Shown here: positions 48,434 through 61,189 of the stretch, in pieces
Numbering within the stretch: position 1 is the first letter of the stretch
Layout: each line of letters opens with the position of its first letter
Assembly (NCBI GenBank): GCA_034780895.1
Contig: JAUZTB010000064.1
Span: 86,298,991-86,362,990 of the forward strand
From: Rhynchobatus australiae
Taxonomy: Eukaryota
Length of the DNA stretch: 64,000 bases
Direction: 5' to 3'
Position numbers and translations under genes: made by a program
The notes under the pieces: generated by a model
Told to the model about the DNA's origin: nothing
Seen by the model: only the letters and a program-made list of their open reading frames with translations
The model's database searches: none

Positions 48434-50084
48434 TGAGTGATGGGGGGAGGAGTGGGAAAGGGAGAGGTAGTGGCTTGTCCCTGGACGCATGATGAGCATT
48501 ACTGTCCTACAGCTTGAAGTTGCCATCTGAATGATATTTAAACAGCACAACCTATTTGGTACAGCAGGACCCAACAAACAGCAGGGGCTCACAAATTGTT
48601 AATGGGTGAATTATCTGTTTTAGTCATCTTGTTTCAGAGATAAATATCAGCCTGGACATTCATTACTGAGTGTCACAAACTACATCAAATGACTGCCAAT
48701 CCACACAACAGCGTAAATTCAATAGGTTTGTAAATCTGTCAAAAATAATAAAGATTCAAATTAATATTTAAGTAATTATTTATTTAGAGAAAGCAGGAGG
48801 CTAGCAAAGTGCTGGTTCTGGATTAGAATAAAATGAGAAGGTTGCAAAAAGAATACACATTTATATTCTCATAGACAATATTGGAACAAAACCCCAACTT
48901 TGGTTGGGTAAGAATTAGAATGCGTACTGATGACCCCTAATGATGATAATCTAGATATTAATTTACAGCCCAGTGGTGACTGGCAGAATCTATCAATTAC
49001 AGCATTAAACTAGCCACCAGCTGCAGCTGCAGCGCACTGAATTACTCCTCAAACTGCTGTCATTTCACTTGAATTTTACAGACACAATTAACACTTAGAC
49101 AATCCATACATTAGTGGGCTGTCTCAGGAAATCTCAGCAGTGCAAAAACAATTCATCAGGAGATTTGCCCAAGATTGATAAATATTAATGTACTTTTTNN
49201 NNNNNNNNNNNNNNNNNNNNNNNNNNNAAAACCACAGAAACAACGTTTAAAAATCTGATTGGAAGGTGAGTGCAGTGACATCCAAAAGGCACCTTCATCC
49301 AATTAAGTTAATGGCCATAATTTTATTCAGATTGTGGACTGGTGGGGAGGGGGGAGGTGGTCCTAGAATTGTGAGGAGGAATCCTGAAAGCCAACTGACG
49401 GGTCAAAGCCTGCAATCTCAAATCAACTGTGCCAATTAATTATGACATTCGCCTTCCACATTTTCAAGCAGTGCGGCAGTCTAGATTCACACCCAGATGA
49501 CATTTTTTCAGCGGTCTTTAGGGAGCCAGAGCACAATTGAAATTGGAGGTGTTCAGATGGATACTGGAGATAGATGTCAACACCTAGACTGAATGATGGA
49601 TCTGCTGGTGGATCTACTCAGAATGAAGAGTGTACTTTCCATAGCCATAATGCTTCTCCCACCATGAAACCATGGAAGTGCTAAATGCATTGGAAATGTA
49701 TTCTCTCAGAAAGTCTCACAAGGTGCTCTTGCCCATGTTTGTCCTGGCAGTATTAAACTTCACCATACCCAGTGTTAATGCTGAGAGCTGACACGATAGC
49801 TCCCTCCTGCCTGAATATTACTGTACTGCCACATCTGGTAGGTCCATCCTGTCAGACGGATGTAACATACCCAGAGATTGTATTCAAGGAGCCTGGGATG
49901 GTAGCGATATGATTTCATTTTGTTGGTATGACCATGTCAACCACCGGGTCCTCATTCCACATGAGAAAGAAAGCTGGGTGCCCAGTTCTGCCGCTAAGGC
50001 AGATCGCTGGCTGCCCCTGCATGTTGGCTTTCAGTGATCTAGCTCTCTTGGAACATCAGCATTATCTAGTCTCTTTAACAAGGA

Positions 50085-50730
50085 CAGAGATTGTTAAAGG
50101 AATTGGGTAATGTTTATGCTCATAGGAACTGAGGTGTCCTTAAACATTAATCACTGAGAGCAAACATGTAGCTGCAGGAAGGCAAATGGTACGTTGTCTT
50201 TTTTTACAAGAAGATTTGAGTACAAGTTGTCTTACTGCAAGTACATAGGGCCTTGGTGAGACCTGGGTACAGTTTTATATTCTGTTGTGGTCCTTACTAA
50301 AAAGAGGATGTACTTAATTTAGAAGGAGTGCAGGGAAGGTTCACTGGACTNNNNNNNNNNNNNNNNNNNNNNNNNNNNNNNNNNNNNNNNNNNNNNNNNN
50401 NNNNNNNNNNNNNNNNNNNNNNNNNNNNNNNNNNNNNNNNNNNNNNNNNNNNNNNNNNNNNNNNNNNNNNNNNNNNNNNNNNNNNNNNNNNNNNNNNNNN
50501 NNNNNNNNNNNNNNNNNNNNNNNNNNNNNNNNNNNNNNNNNNNNNNNNNNNNNNNNNNNNNNNNNNNNNNNNNNNNNNNNNNNNACAGGAGGTTAGATTT
50601 TTAGAATTCTCTGCCCCGAGGTCCATTCCCGAGGTCAACACAGTCATCAAATTTGTCAAAATGGAGATCAATAGATTTATAGATATTAAGCCAATCAAGG
50701 CAAATGGGGATGGTGAAGGAAAATGGTATA
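50085..50730 (+). mobile_element. Degraded CR1 3' portion spanning a gap
   Basis: KANGTL.F..R.FEYK, YRALVRP-like and LEGVQGRFTG motifs; C-terminal FVKMEINRFIDIK.IK. Confidence 0.75.
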
Positions 50731-51099
50731 GAGTAGTTTCCCTCTTCTTCCTCTTCTATAGAAACAATGGCAGCACAATGAAGAAAATTAGGAAATGTAA
50801 TTTGAATAATGCACATGGGTGTCTAGCGAAATATTAAGTTGTTCAGTTTCCTACCTAGTATTTTGTCCCAATAGTCATCTCCCTTTTTCCCTGGTTTCAG
50901 ATGAATGTCAATGGATGTCAGGTCTGAATGGGTAGATTTTCATTGTGTGATGGCCAGTTTGCAGTCTTTTATTGTAAAGAATGTGGATGGTGGGAGTTGG
51001 AGGTGGTGCTGACAATGAGACTTCTTTAGTTATGCATCACACAAGGAATTGATGCAATGCGAGGGAACCAATGCAATGGATGACCCTTTTCATCTTCCT

Positions 51100-51420
51100 C
51101 TCCTATTCATACTTGTCCTCAACAGAAGATGAGTGGTGAGCCTCTTCATCCTCCACCTCTATAATTTCTGCCGCTGCATAATGTGGGTGGGATGTGGTTA
51201 CCACTATCAGTTAAAACACCCTTCTGGGATGTTTCAAATCCATCTACCCAGAACATCATTGGCTTCCTCTATGATGCACCTGGTGACCATGTGACTTTCC
51301 TTGTAGTTATCCTGATTGGTGACAGTCCTGATTGGACTCATGAGCTGAGATTGAAGGCGGAAAACATTGTCTTCGTCCTGGATTGAAAGGTTTAGAATGT
51401 TGGACTGCTGCAATGTGAAA
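51100..51420 (-). pseudogene. Second, more degraded Harbinger transposase fragment
   Basis: Minus strand LQSQLMSPIR....DNYKESHMVTRCIIEEANDVL resembles the consensus WLMTP..YN.SH..TR.IIE.TIG.LK, followed by acidic EVEDEE. Confidence 0.55.
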
Positions 51421-51451
51421 GCCTCATAGGAGCTGTTTTGGAACTTTTATA

Positions 51452-51822
51452 CTGGTTGAAACTCTCTGGTCTGGCTTCTGTGGTCCGGCAACTCCTGTGA
51501 TCCAACATGCTTGAGCCTGTAGTACAGATCTATACTAATTAACTAATTCTAACTAAGATATAAATAAATCTGTACTTGTCTGTAGCTAATTAACCTACCA
51601 AAGCAACTTTCGTGATTCAGTTGACAGTGATCTCAGCCAACAGTTTTACTGACTTAGGGAAACCTTGGGTTACGGACTGTTCTTGGAACCCTTATCTATG
51701 CTTAAAAAGAGCAGTTCTCCTGCTCAGAGGAAGGTGATCGGGGGCAATTACTGGGTTCTGGGATTTCTGTGGTCAGGCACCAGGCAAGTCTCAAGGGTGC
51801 CGGACTATGGAGTTTCAAACTG
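51452..51822. mobile_element. Tc1/mariner-pogo (Tigger-like) MITE
   Basis: TA at 51450-51451 and 51823-51824. Imperfect TIRs: ctggttgaaactctctggtctggc versus right-end reverse complement cagtttgaaactccatagtccggc (18/24). No coding capacity. Confidence 0.7.
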
Positions 51823-52004
51823 TAATTTTAACCATCTAGAATTTTGAAAAAAAAAACAACTAATTTTAATCATGATGACCACACATTTACTGGATTGACA
51901 TAAAAACCCACCTGGCCCACTAATGCTCTTCATGGAAGAAATCTACCACCCTAATCCTCTGTGACCCCAGACCCACCAATGTCGTTGACTCTTAAGTGGC
52001 TAAT

Positions 52005-52668
52005 TGTATAGGAAGCATCCTACCCGAAAGCACCACGGCTTGGCACGGCAACTGCTCTGCAGGAAACTGCAAGAAACCACAGAGAGTTGTGGACACAGCT
52101 CAGCACATCACGGAAACCAATCTCCCCTCTATGGACTCTGTCTACACTTCTTGCTGCCTCGGTAAAGCAGCCAGAATAATCAAAGACCCCACCCACCCCA
52201 GGCATTCTCTCTTCTCCCACCTCCAATCTGGCAGAAGATAAAAAAGCCTGAAAGCACATACCACCAGCATTTCTATCCCTCTGTTATAAAACTATTGAAC
52301 AGTCCCCTAGTACGATAAGATGGACTCTTGACTTCACAATCTACCTCATTATGACTTTGCACCTTATTGTCTGCCTGCACTGCACTTTCTCTGTAACTGG
52401 AACACTTTATTCTGCATTCTGTTATTGTTTTNNNNNNNNNNNNNNNNNNNNNNNNNNNNNNNNNNNNNNNNNNNNNNNNNNNNNNNNNNNNNNNNNNNNN
52501 NNNNNNNNNNNNNNNNNNNNNNNNNNNNNNNACACTTTATTCTGCATTCTGTTATTGTTTTACCTTGTACTACCTCAATGCACTGTGTAATGAATTGATC
52601 TGTATGGATGGTATACAAGACAAGTTTTACACTGTACCTCGGTACATGTAACAATAATAAACCAATTT
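52005..52668 (+). mobile_element. Rex1/Babar-like LINE 3' end
   Basis: TAWHGNCSA..CKK.QRVVDTAQHIT.T.LPSMDSVY..CLGKAARIIKDPTHP.HSLF; same family as 17506-18470; tail 'cactgtacctcggtacatgtaacaataataaacc'. Confidence 0.88.
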
Positions 52669-52699
52669 ACCACTTTATATTATAACAGACAATAGAATA

Positions 52700-53410
52700 A
52701 AACCAGACAGGTCACCCAGCATCAATCTAGGCATTGAACTCAGACACGGCAAAGTTGCTCCCAGTTCAGTACATCTTGCAAAGCTCTTCACACAAGCACC
52801 TGGGGATTTGTGCCCAAATTGGGAGAGCTGTCACACGGACTTGACAAGCTACAGCCTGACATCGTCATACTCACAGAATCATGGCACAGCAAATGTCCCA
52901 GACCCTTTTTTTGTAGGACACACCCACCAAGGGGGTGGTGGGGGGGGGGGGTGCTGCACAATGGTATACAAATGTGAAGGATAAACCCTGGGAATGCTCA
53001 ACATTTACTCCAGACTCCATGTGTTCCCCCTGCTTCCAAACCCACGACTTCTACCTCCAAGAAGACAAGGGCAGCAGGTGCACAGGAGCACCAACACCTA
53101 CAATTTCCCCTCCAAATCAAAGTCCTGACTTGGAAATATGTCACTGGTCCTTTGTCTATGTCCGAGAACTCCCTACCCAACAGCACAGTGGGATGATGTT
53201 TACCAGAAGGACTGCAGCACCTCAAGATAAGATAAGATTTCTTTATTAGTCACACGTACATCGAAACACACAGTGAAATGCATCTTTGCATAGGGTGTTC
53301 TGGGGGCAGCCCGCAAGTGTCGCCACGCTTCCGGCACCACCATCACGTTCCCAGGGACAACTGTGGATGAGCAATAAATTCTGGCTTTGCCAGCAATGCA
53401 CAGACTCTGA
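52700..53410 (+). mobile_element. Internally deleted L2-like LINE (endonuclease start joined to 3' end), with nested V-SINE
   Basis: GFVPKLGELSHGLDKLQPDIVILTES (APE-like start, ~52803-52880) and GGGG motif, then from ~53010 sequence matching the 8560-8850 3' end. Confidence 0.6.
53224..53337 (-). mobile_element. 5'-truncated V-SINE
   Basis: Matches 45039-45145; carries an (aagat)n tail. Confidence 0.85.
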
Positions 53411-54189
53411 AAAAGTAATAAATGGCAAAATTGCAAGCAGCTGACACCTGGGTTATCCAGGCAGAGAAATGAATCCCAGTTCCTGTTAATTCCAGCTATT
53501 GTCATCACAAGGACATTTTACAGAAATGTAGCATTGGCAAATAAGCCATCCATGAGCGGTCTTGAGTATTTATGTGCAGTGAATTGGGAGAATCTAGTAA
53601 ATCACTGGAAGCACCACGGAAGGATCTGGAGGGGATCAGAATGAGGGAAATGTATGGCCACCTGGTCCAGCAGGGAGTCAGCGGACATTTGATTCTTCCC
53701 GATACAGCAATGGATACCTGCAGAACCACTTCTCTTCCATCAGTGTAGAAAATTGGTCCTGAAGTGTGGGCAGTGCTTCATGAGACTTCAAGCCAACTCC
53801 TGCGTCCCTCCCTCTTGTACACATCCTTCTCATTCACTCCACTTCTGTCACCTTCCTTCTTGCGCACACCTTACCACAGGGCCTTTCACCGAAACCCTCA
53901 GGGAAGCAGCTGTGGACTGCAGCACTTATTGACCGACTTGCCTCTCAGATCTGCAGCTTCCTCCAATCTCACTTTTCTCCTGCTTCGGTTTCACTGGTGA
54001 GTTGCAGGAAGGCGAGCTATCCACTCAGCAAAAACATCAAAACTCCTGTCAAAATTGCCCTTAGTAAGCTGTCGCCTTATTGAAATTGTCAACCCAGCTG
54101 TCCCGAGAAGCAACCATACCTGACATTACTGGTTGACACAGCATCCCCTGAAAAATAACATCAACACTTACATTTTCATTGCCTTTGTA

Positions 54190-56705
54190 ACATAGAGCAT
54201 AGAACAGTACAGCACAGGAACAGGCCCTTCAGCCCACAATGTCTGCGCTGACCATGATGCCAAGTTAAACTAATTCCATCTGCCTGCACATGGTCTGTAT
54301 CCCTCCATTCCCTGCCTGTTCATGTGCCTGTCTAAATGTCTCTTAATCGTTGATATCATATCTGCTTCCAACACCTCCTCTGGCAGTATGTTCAAGGCAC
54401 CTAGCTCTCTCTGTGTAAAAAAACTTGCCTTGTAAACCTCCTTTAAACTTTCCACCTCTCACCTTAAAGCTATGCCCACTGGTATTTGACAATTCCACCT
54501 TGGGAAAAATACTCTGACCATCTACCCCATCTATGCCTCTCATAATTTTGCCTACTTCTATCAGATCACCCCTCAACCTCTGATGCTCAAGAAAAATCAC
54601 TCCAAGTTTGTTCAACCTTTCCTTATTGCTAATATTCTCTAACCCAGGCAATATCCTGGTGAACCTCTTCTGCATCTTCTCCAAAGCCTCCACGTCCTTC
54701 CTATAATGTGCAACCAGAACTGTACATGTGACCTAACAAAATTTTATACAGCTGTAACATGACTTGCCAACTTTTATAGTCAATCCCCTGACCGATGTTG
54801 GCAAACATGCTGTATGCCTTCTTTACCACCCCATCTACTTGTGTTGCCACTTTCAGGACTTGCACGCCAAGATCTCTCTGAACGTCAATGCTCCTGATGG
54901 TCCTGCCATTGACTGTAGGCTTTCTTCTACACTTGACCTCCCTCAGTGTAACACCTTATACTTGTCCGGATTAAACTCCATTTGCCATTTTTCCACCCTT
55001 TTTTTCCCAACTGTATCCTTTGACAACATTCCTCACTAATAACTCTACCAATTTTTGTATCGTCTGCAAATTTACTAATCAGTCCACCTACATTTTCATC
55101 CAAATCAAACAAAAGAGGTCCTAGCACTGATCCCTGTGGAACACCACAGGTCACAAACCTCCAGTCGGAATAACATCCCTCCATCATTACCCCCTGTCTT
55201 CCACAGCAAAGCCAATTTTGAATCCAATTGACCAAGTCACCATGGATCCCATGTGCCTTAATCTTCTGCTGCTTAACCCTCATCGGTCATCTCCATCACC
55301 TTCTCAAAGAACTCAATCAAATTCATAAGACGTGACCTGCCCCACACAAAGCCATGCTGACTATCCCTAATATACTTTTTCTAAATGCGAGTAAATCCTA
55401 TCCCTGAGAATCTTCTCTGATAATTTCCCTACCTGTGAGGTAAAGTCTACCAGTTTATAATTTGCTAGATTATCCCTATTGCCCTTCTTAAACAAAGGAA
55501 CAACATTAGCTATTTTCCACTCCTCTAGGACCTCACCTGAGGAGACGAAGATCTATATCAAGTCCCCAACAATCTCCTCTCTTTCCTCTCTCAATAGCCT
55601 GGGATAAACTCCATCAGGCCCTGGAAACCTATCCACCTTCGAGAGGCCCAACACCTCCTCCTTCTTGATATCAACATGCCCTAGAATATCAGCATACCTC
55701 TCCCTGATCTCACTATCCTCCATGTCCTTATCCTTGGTGAATATTGATACTCATTTAGTACCTTGCTTACTTCCTCTAGCTCCAGACATAAATTTCCCCC
55801 TTTGTCCCCAAGTGGTCCTACCCTCTCTGTAGCTACCCTCTCCTTTTTAACGCATGCATAAAATCTCTTGTAATTTTCCTTAATCCTCCTTGTTAAAGAC
55901 ATTTCATGGCCCCTTTTAGCCCTCCTGATTCTGTGTTTAAGTTCTTACGTGCTTCCTGGAATTGGAATTGGTTTATTATTGTCACATGTATTGCAATACA
56001 GTGACAATAATAAACCTTCATATTCCTTTATATTTCCTCAAGGGCCCTGTCCAATTTCAGCTTCCTAAACCCTACATCTGCTTCCTTTTTCTTTCCAACT
56101 AAATTTACAACATCTCTAGTCATCCACATTTCCCAAACTCTGACATACTTGTCATTCTTCCTCACAGGAACATTTTGGTCCTGAATTCTGGCCTTTAAAC
56201 AGCCCCAACACCAGATGTGGATTTATCCAATAACAGCTGCTCCCGATCTATTCTCCCCAGCTCTGTCTAATACTGTTGTAATTCGCCTTCCCCCAATTTG
56301 GCACTTCCCCAAAGTACATTCTTATCCTTATCTATAACTATCTGAAAACTTACGGAGTTATGATCACTATTCCCAAACTATTCTCCCACTGAAACTCCAA
56401 TCACCTGGCCAAGCTCTTTGCCCACACAAGGTCTAGTATAGCTCCTTCCCTAGTTGGACTATCAACATACTGTTTCAAAGAAAAACCTCCTGGATGCACC
56501 TAACAAATTCTGCCGCAGTCAAAATTTGGGAAATTAATGTCCCCCACTTCAACAAATCTGTTGCTTTCACATCTTTCTGTGTTCTGCCTCGGTATCTATT
56601 CCACTAACTCTTGCTGGCAATTGGGATGCCCATGGTATAACCTCATTATAGTGATTGCAATTTTTTTATTCCTGAGCACTACCCATATTGCTTCACTGGA
56701 TGAGC
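54190..56705 (-). mobile_element. CR1 LINE ORF2 (endonuclease-RT) ~2.5 kb, degraded with deletions
   Basis: WIQNWL..GRQ.V, GVPQGSVLGPLLF, ISKFADDTKIG, IKENYKRFY..VK, RLRGDLIEV.KIMRG, FFTQR; 3' tail 'catagagcatagaacagtacagcacaggaacaggccc'. Confidence 0.93.
55957..56016. repeat. Fold-back palindrome made from a Rex1-like LINE 3' tail, inserted in CR1
   Basis: ggaattggaatt tail, then ggtttattattgtcac-a-tgtattg|caataca-gtgacaataataaacc (55970-56016); perfect except for one bulged A. Confidence 0.85.
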
Positions 56706-57729
56706 CCTTGTGGTATGAAAGGCCAGGGGTCAGATGACAGAGACAACACTACTGACCCCCATGGTCAGATGATAGCATTGCCTAGCAGGNNNNNNNNNNN
56801 NNNNNNNNNNNNNNNNNNNNNNNNNNNNNNNNNNNNNNNNNNNNNNNNNNNNNNNNNNNNNNNNNNNNNNNNNNNNNNNNNNNNNNNNNNNNNNNNNNNN
56901 NNNNNNNNNNNNNNNNNNNNNNNNNNNNNNNNNNNNNNNNNNNNNNNNNNNNNNNNNNNNNNNNNNNNNNNNNNNNNNNNNNNNNNNNNNNNNNNNNNNN
57001 NNNNNNNNNNNNNNNNNNNNNNNNNNNNNNNNNNNNNNNNNNNNNNNNNNNNNNNNNNNNNNNNNNNNNNNNNNNNNNNNNNNNNNNNNNNNNNNNNNNN
57101 NNNNNNNNNNNNNNNNNNNNNNNNNNNNNNNNNNNNNNNNNNNNNNNNNNNNNNNNNNNNNNNNNNNNNNNNNNNNNNNNNNNNNNNNNNNNNNNNNNNN
57201 NNNCAGTGCAGGAATATGTTGGTAACATAGCCAGCTCCATTGTAACTCTGCTATGGCATGATTTCCCCTGGATGGTGAGAATTAAAATCTCTCCTTGTCC
57301 ATCTGAGGGTAGAAAGTATAAAAGAAAAGCAAATATTGTTGAAATTTTAGAGATTCAACTTGGATGTAACATTGAAATGTTTAAAATGGAAGGATTAAAG
57401 TTATTTTTCACAACAGCAGAGTCAATGAGATTGGTTTTCTTTGTTTCAATGAAAATTACTTTGCACAAATTACAACTTAGGTAGTTTACTACTTGCACCC
57501 AGAGTTGATCTTGGTTTTGAATTTTTTCTTTCAGTAACAAAATTGATAAAGAAAAATTGCTGATGAAATCAATTTACTTCTTGACTGACCCTGCTCTTTA
57601 TAGAGTAAAAGGATTGACAGGGAAATGATCAGAATTGATGGATAATATATACAAATGCAAGTTATTTTATTTGAAATGCCCCTTCATTAACTCCTTCCCA
57701 TGTTATTATTGGGACCCTTTATTTCTAAG

Positions 57730-57849
57730 TCCAGATAAAGGGTTTCAACCTGAAATGTCGGCTCTCCATTTCCTTCCATATATGCTGCCTGATCCGTTGA
57801 GTTCCTCCAGTGCTTTTCGTGTTGCTCCAGGTTCCAGCATCTGCAGTCT
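57730..57849 (+). mobile_element. Penelope-like pLTR mini-insertion with a decayed hammerhead and perfect 13-bp TSD
   Basis: agtc-CAGATAA-agggtttcaacct-GAAAT-GTC-ggct (57728-57763), then the pLTR body. ctttatttctaag occurs at both 57717-57729 and 57850-57862. Confidence 0.85.
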
Positions 57850-59834
57850 CTTTATTTCTAAGCCCATTTTATAGGTGTTTTTCTAATTGAACTTTGTTCA
57901 TTGCTCACCACAAAATTTCCTCTATTTTGGAAGGAACAATTGTAGTTTGGATAATGACTTGCCAATATTTCTATTGTTACAGACCTAGGTTACTATTGGT
58001 GAATANNNNNNNNNNNNNNNNNNNNNNNNNNNNNNNNNNNNNNNNNNNNNNNNNNNNNNNNNNNNNNNNNNNNNNNNNNNNNNNNNNNNNNNNNNNNNNN
58101 NNNNNACCTTATGGCTTGCTGAACTGAACTTTAAGAACCATTCCTGGACGTGGAGTTTGGGAATTTGTCACACACACACCTGTTTATAAACATAATTTTG
58201 ATTTCATGCAATACAATACTTAAATTCCCTTCTTTCCAAATGTTATTCCCTAAATAGGTCTTTGTATTTTTTTAAGCTGGACATTTTGCCTCTCACAGAT
58301 GGGAGATACTTAGTCTTGAGCTTCAGGTATCACAATAGTGAGGGCAGAGTTGCTGTCAGGTATCTTTTCTCTGCCCACATCTTCCATGAGCTCACAATCC
58401 TTCAGCCTGTCTATCTGTGACACTGTTCTTACAATGTTAAGTTAACTGACAGTTGACATGCCTCGTAATATTTATGTTTATGTAGCATGAACATTTTACA
58501 AATTCTTATGCTTCCTTTTTCAATTTATTTTAAACAAGTATCAATTGTTTTAATATGCTTCATATGTAGTGGGAGAAATGTGTTCTATGAAAACTGGAAA
58601 ACTATATCAATTCCATTCATAAAGTTAACTTGGAAGGGAAAGAACACAGCCTTACAAATTATGTTGTTACTTATCACAAAGTGCTGCTTCTCACCATATT
58701 ACATAATACTAAATCGTTCATATCATTGCAGTAATTAGAAGCTTGCCGACCTGCAGCCANNNNNNNNNNNNNNNNNNNNNNNNNNNNNNNNNNNNNNNNN
58801 NNNNNNNNNNNNNNNNNNNNNNNNNNNNNNNNNNNNNNNNNNNNNNNNNNNNNNNNNNNNNNNNNNNNNNNNNNNNNNNNNNNNNNNNNNNNNNNNNNNN
58901 NNNNNNNNNNNNNNNNNNNNNNNNNNNNNNNNNNNNNNNNNNNNNNNNNNNNNNNNNNNNNNNNNNNNNNNNNNNNNNNNNNNNNNNNNNNNNNNNNNNN
59001 NNNNNNNNNNNNNNNNNNNNNNNNNNNNNNNNNNNNNNNNNNNNNNNNNNNNNNNNNNNNNNNNNNNNNNNNNNNNNNNNNNNNNNNNNNNNNNNNNNNN
59101 NNNNNNNNNNNNNNNNNNNNNNNNNNNNNNNNNNNNNNNNNNNNNNNNNNNNNNNNNNNNNNNNNNNNNNNNNNNNNNNNNNNNNNNNNNNNNNNNNNNN
59201 NNNNNNNNNNNNNNNNNNNNNNNNNNNNNNNNNNNNNNNNNNNNNNNNNNNNNNNNNNNNNNNNNNNNNNNNNNNNNNNNNNNNNNNNNNNNNNNNNNNN
59301 NNNNNNNNNNNNNNNNNNNNNNNNNNNNNNNNNNNNNNNNNNNNNNNNNNNNNNNNNNNNNNNNNNNNNNNNNNNNNNNNNNNNNNNNNNNNNNNNNNNN
59401 NNNNNNNNNNNNNNNNNNNNNNNNNNNNNNNNNNNNNNNNNNNNNNNNNNNNNNNNNNNNNNNNNNNNNNNNNNNNNNNNNNNNNNNNNNNNNNNNNNNN
59501 NNNNNNNNNNNNNNNNNNNNNNNNNNNNNNNNNNNNNNNNNNNNNNNTTATTACACAGAGGTAATCATTCAGAGAGAAATAATTCTTTAAGTGAGCTCCT
59601 CTTTCTAACATTCCCACTCCCAACATTGTGTCATCCTGATAAATAATAATATAATATTGTGGACCTGAAATCTACTTAGTCTGAAATCTATTAATATAGG
59701 GTGTGCATTACAGTAAATGATTCATAAAGTTCACATGTTAGATATCTTTTTATAAAGCTGTGCCATTTTATTCAAACTGCTATAAAGTGCAAGAGGGTAG
59801 CTGACAAATGTCTGTCCCATCAATGTGCAGATGC

Positions 59835-60120
59835 TTGCACTGACTTAGCAAAGTAACTGGAGTTTGTGGCCCTCCTAAGCAATCCAGGAAGGTCAAATAT
59901 TTGACTCTATGTCTGTGCTGAGTTAGTTGAATGTATCTAAAGTACCAGGAATGGCAAGTGCAATTGAGTTCAGTCCTCCTGGGTTACAGAGTGGGTTCAC
60001 AATCCTGTTTGTTATCTAATGAGCCCTGCTATAAATTACAAATGTCTGAATATTAGGAGGAGACTGATTTCCTTCTTCAATTTGCCAACTTCATAAATTA
60101 ACTTGCTTCTCACTGTAAAG
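59835..60120 (+). mobile_element. Old tRNA-derived SINE (LF-SINE-like, tentative)
   Basis: 'ccaggaaggtc...tatgtctgtgctgagttagttga...aatcctgtttgttatctaatgagccctgct'; related to 43820-44060. Confidence 0.4.
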
Positions 60121-61189
60121 GATATTAGGATAATGGTCTTTTGAATGAAGGGAAGATATATTATACAAATAAATATCACCCAGTCACGGTAATCAGCTTG
60201 ATTCTGGGAAATGTTGGATGCGGGGATTCAGCCCTCACCACAACAATCTGTGACACAGCCAATTGGTGCTTTAATATTCTGGACCACCGGGAAAGCATTC
60301 CACTCTACCGATTATATTTTGANNNNNNNNNNNNNNNNNNNNNNNNNNNNNNNNNNNNNNNNNNNNNNNNNNNNNNNNNNNNNNNNNNNNNNNNNNNNNN
60401 NNNNNNNNNNNNNNNNNNNNNNNNNNNNNNNNNNNNNNNNNNNNNNNNNNNNNNNNNNNNNNNNNNNNNNNNNNNNNNNNNNNNNNNNNNNNNNNNNNNN
60501 NNNNNNNNNNNNNNNNNNNNNNNNNNNNNNNNNNNNNNNNNNNNNNNNNNNNNNNNNNNNNNNNNNNNNNNNNNNNNNNNNNNNNNNNNNNNNNNNNNNN
60601 NNNNNNNNNNNNNNNNNNNNNNNNNNNNNNNNNNNNNNNNNNNNNNNNNNNNNNNNNNNNNNNNNNNNNNNNNNNNNNNNNNNNNNNNNNNNNNNNNNNN
60701 NNNNNNNNNNNNNNNNNNNNNNNNNNNNNNNNNNNNNNNNNNNNNNNNNNNNNNNNNNNNNNNNNNNNNNNNNNNNNNNNNNNNNNNNNNNNNNNNNNNN
60801 NNNNNNNNNNNNNNNNNNNNNNNNNNNNNNNNNNNNNNNNNNNNNNNNNNNNNNNNNNNNNNNNNNNNNNNNNNNNNNNNNNNNNNNNNNNNNNNNNNNN
60901 NNNNNNNNNNNNNNNNNNNNNNNNNNNNNNNNNNNNNNNNNNNNNNNNNNNNNNNNNNNNNNNNNNNNNNTCCAAGTTTTGATATATTACTTAGATGTGA
61001 CCCTGATAAATAAGGTGGCTTCCTTCCCAAAGTAAACCCTTCTAATCTAATGTTTACCTCTTATCAATATTTAGTAAATACATTTTTTAAGTAATCAATA
61101 TTAAACAAACATTTTCATGAATATGTAACGTTGCATCGTCAGTAGGTTAAATCTTTCCTCTCCCCCTCATGTTCACCCTGCATTAGCAC

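Noticed and set aside
48071-48436. 121-aa ORF ending in CVCVCV
   Set aside because: It reads through a gap into a TG microsatellite and has no recognisable domain.
56709-57227. Possible solo LTR (TG...CA around a gap)
   Set aside because: Mostly N, with no TSD or second copy to support it.
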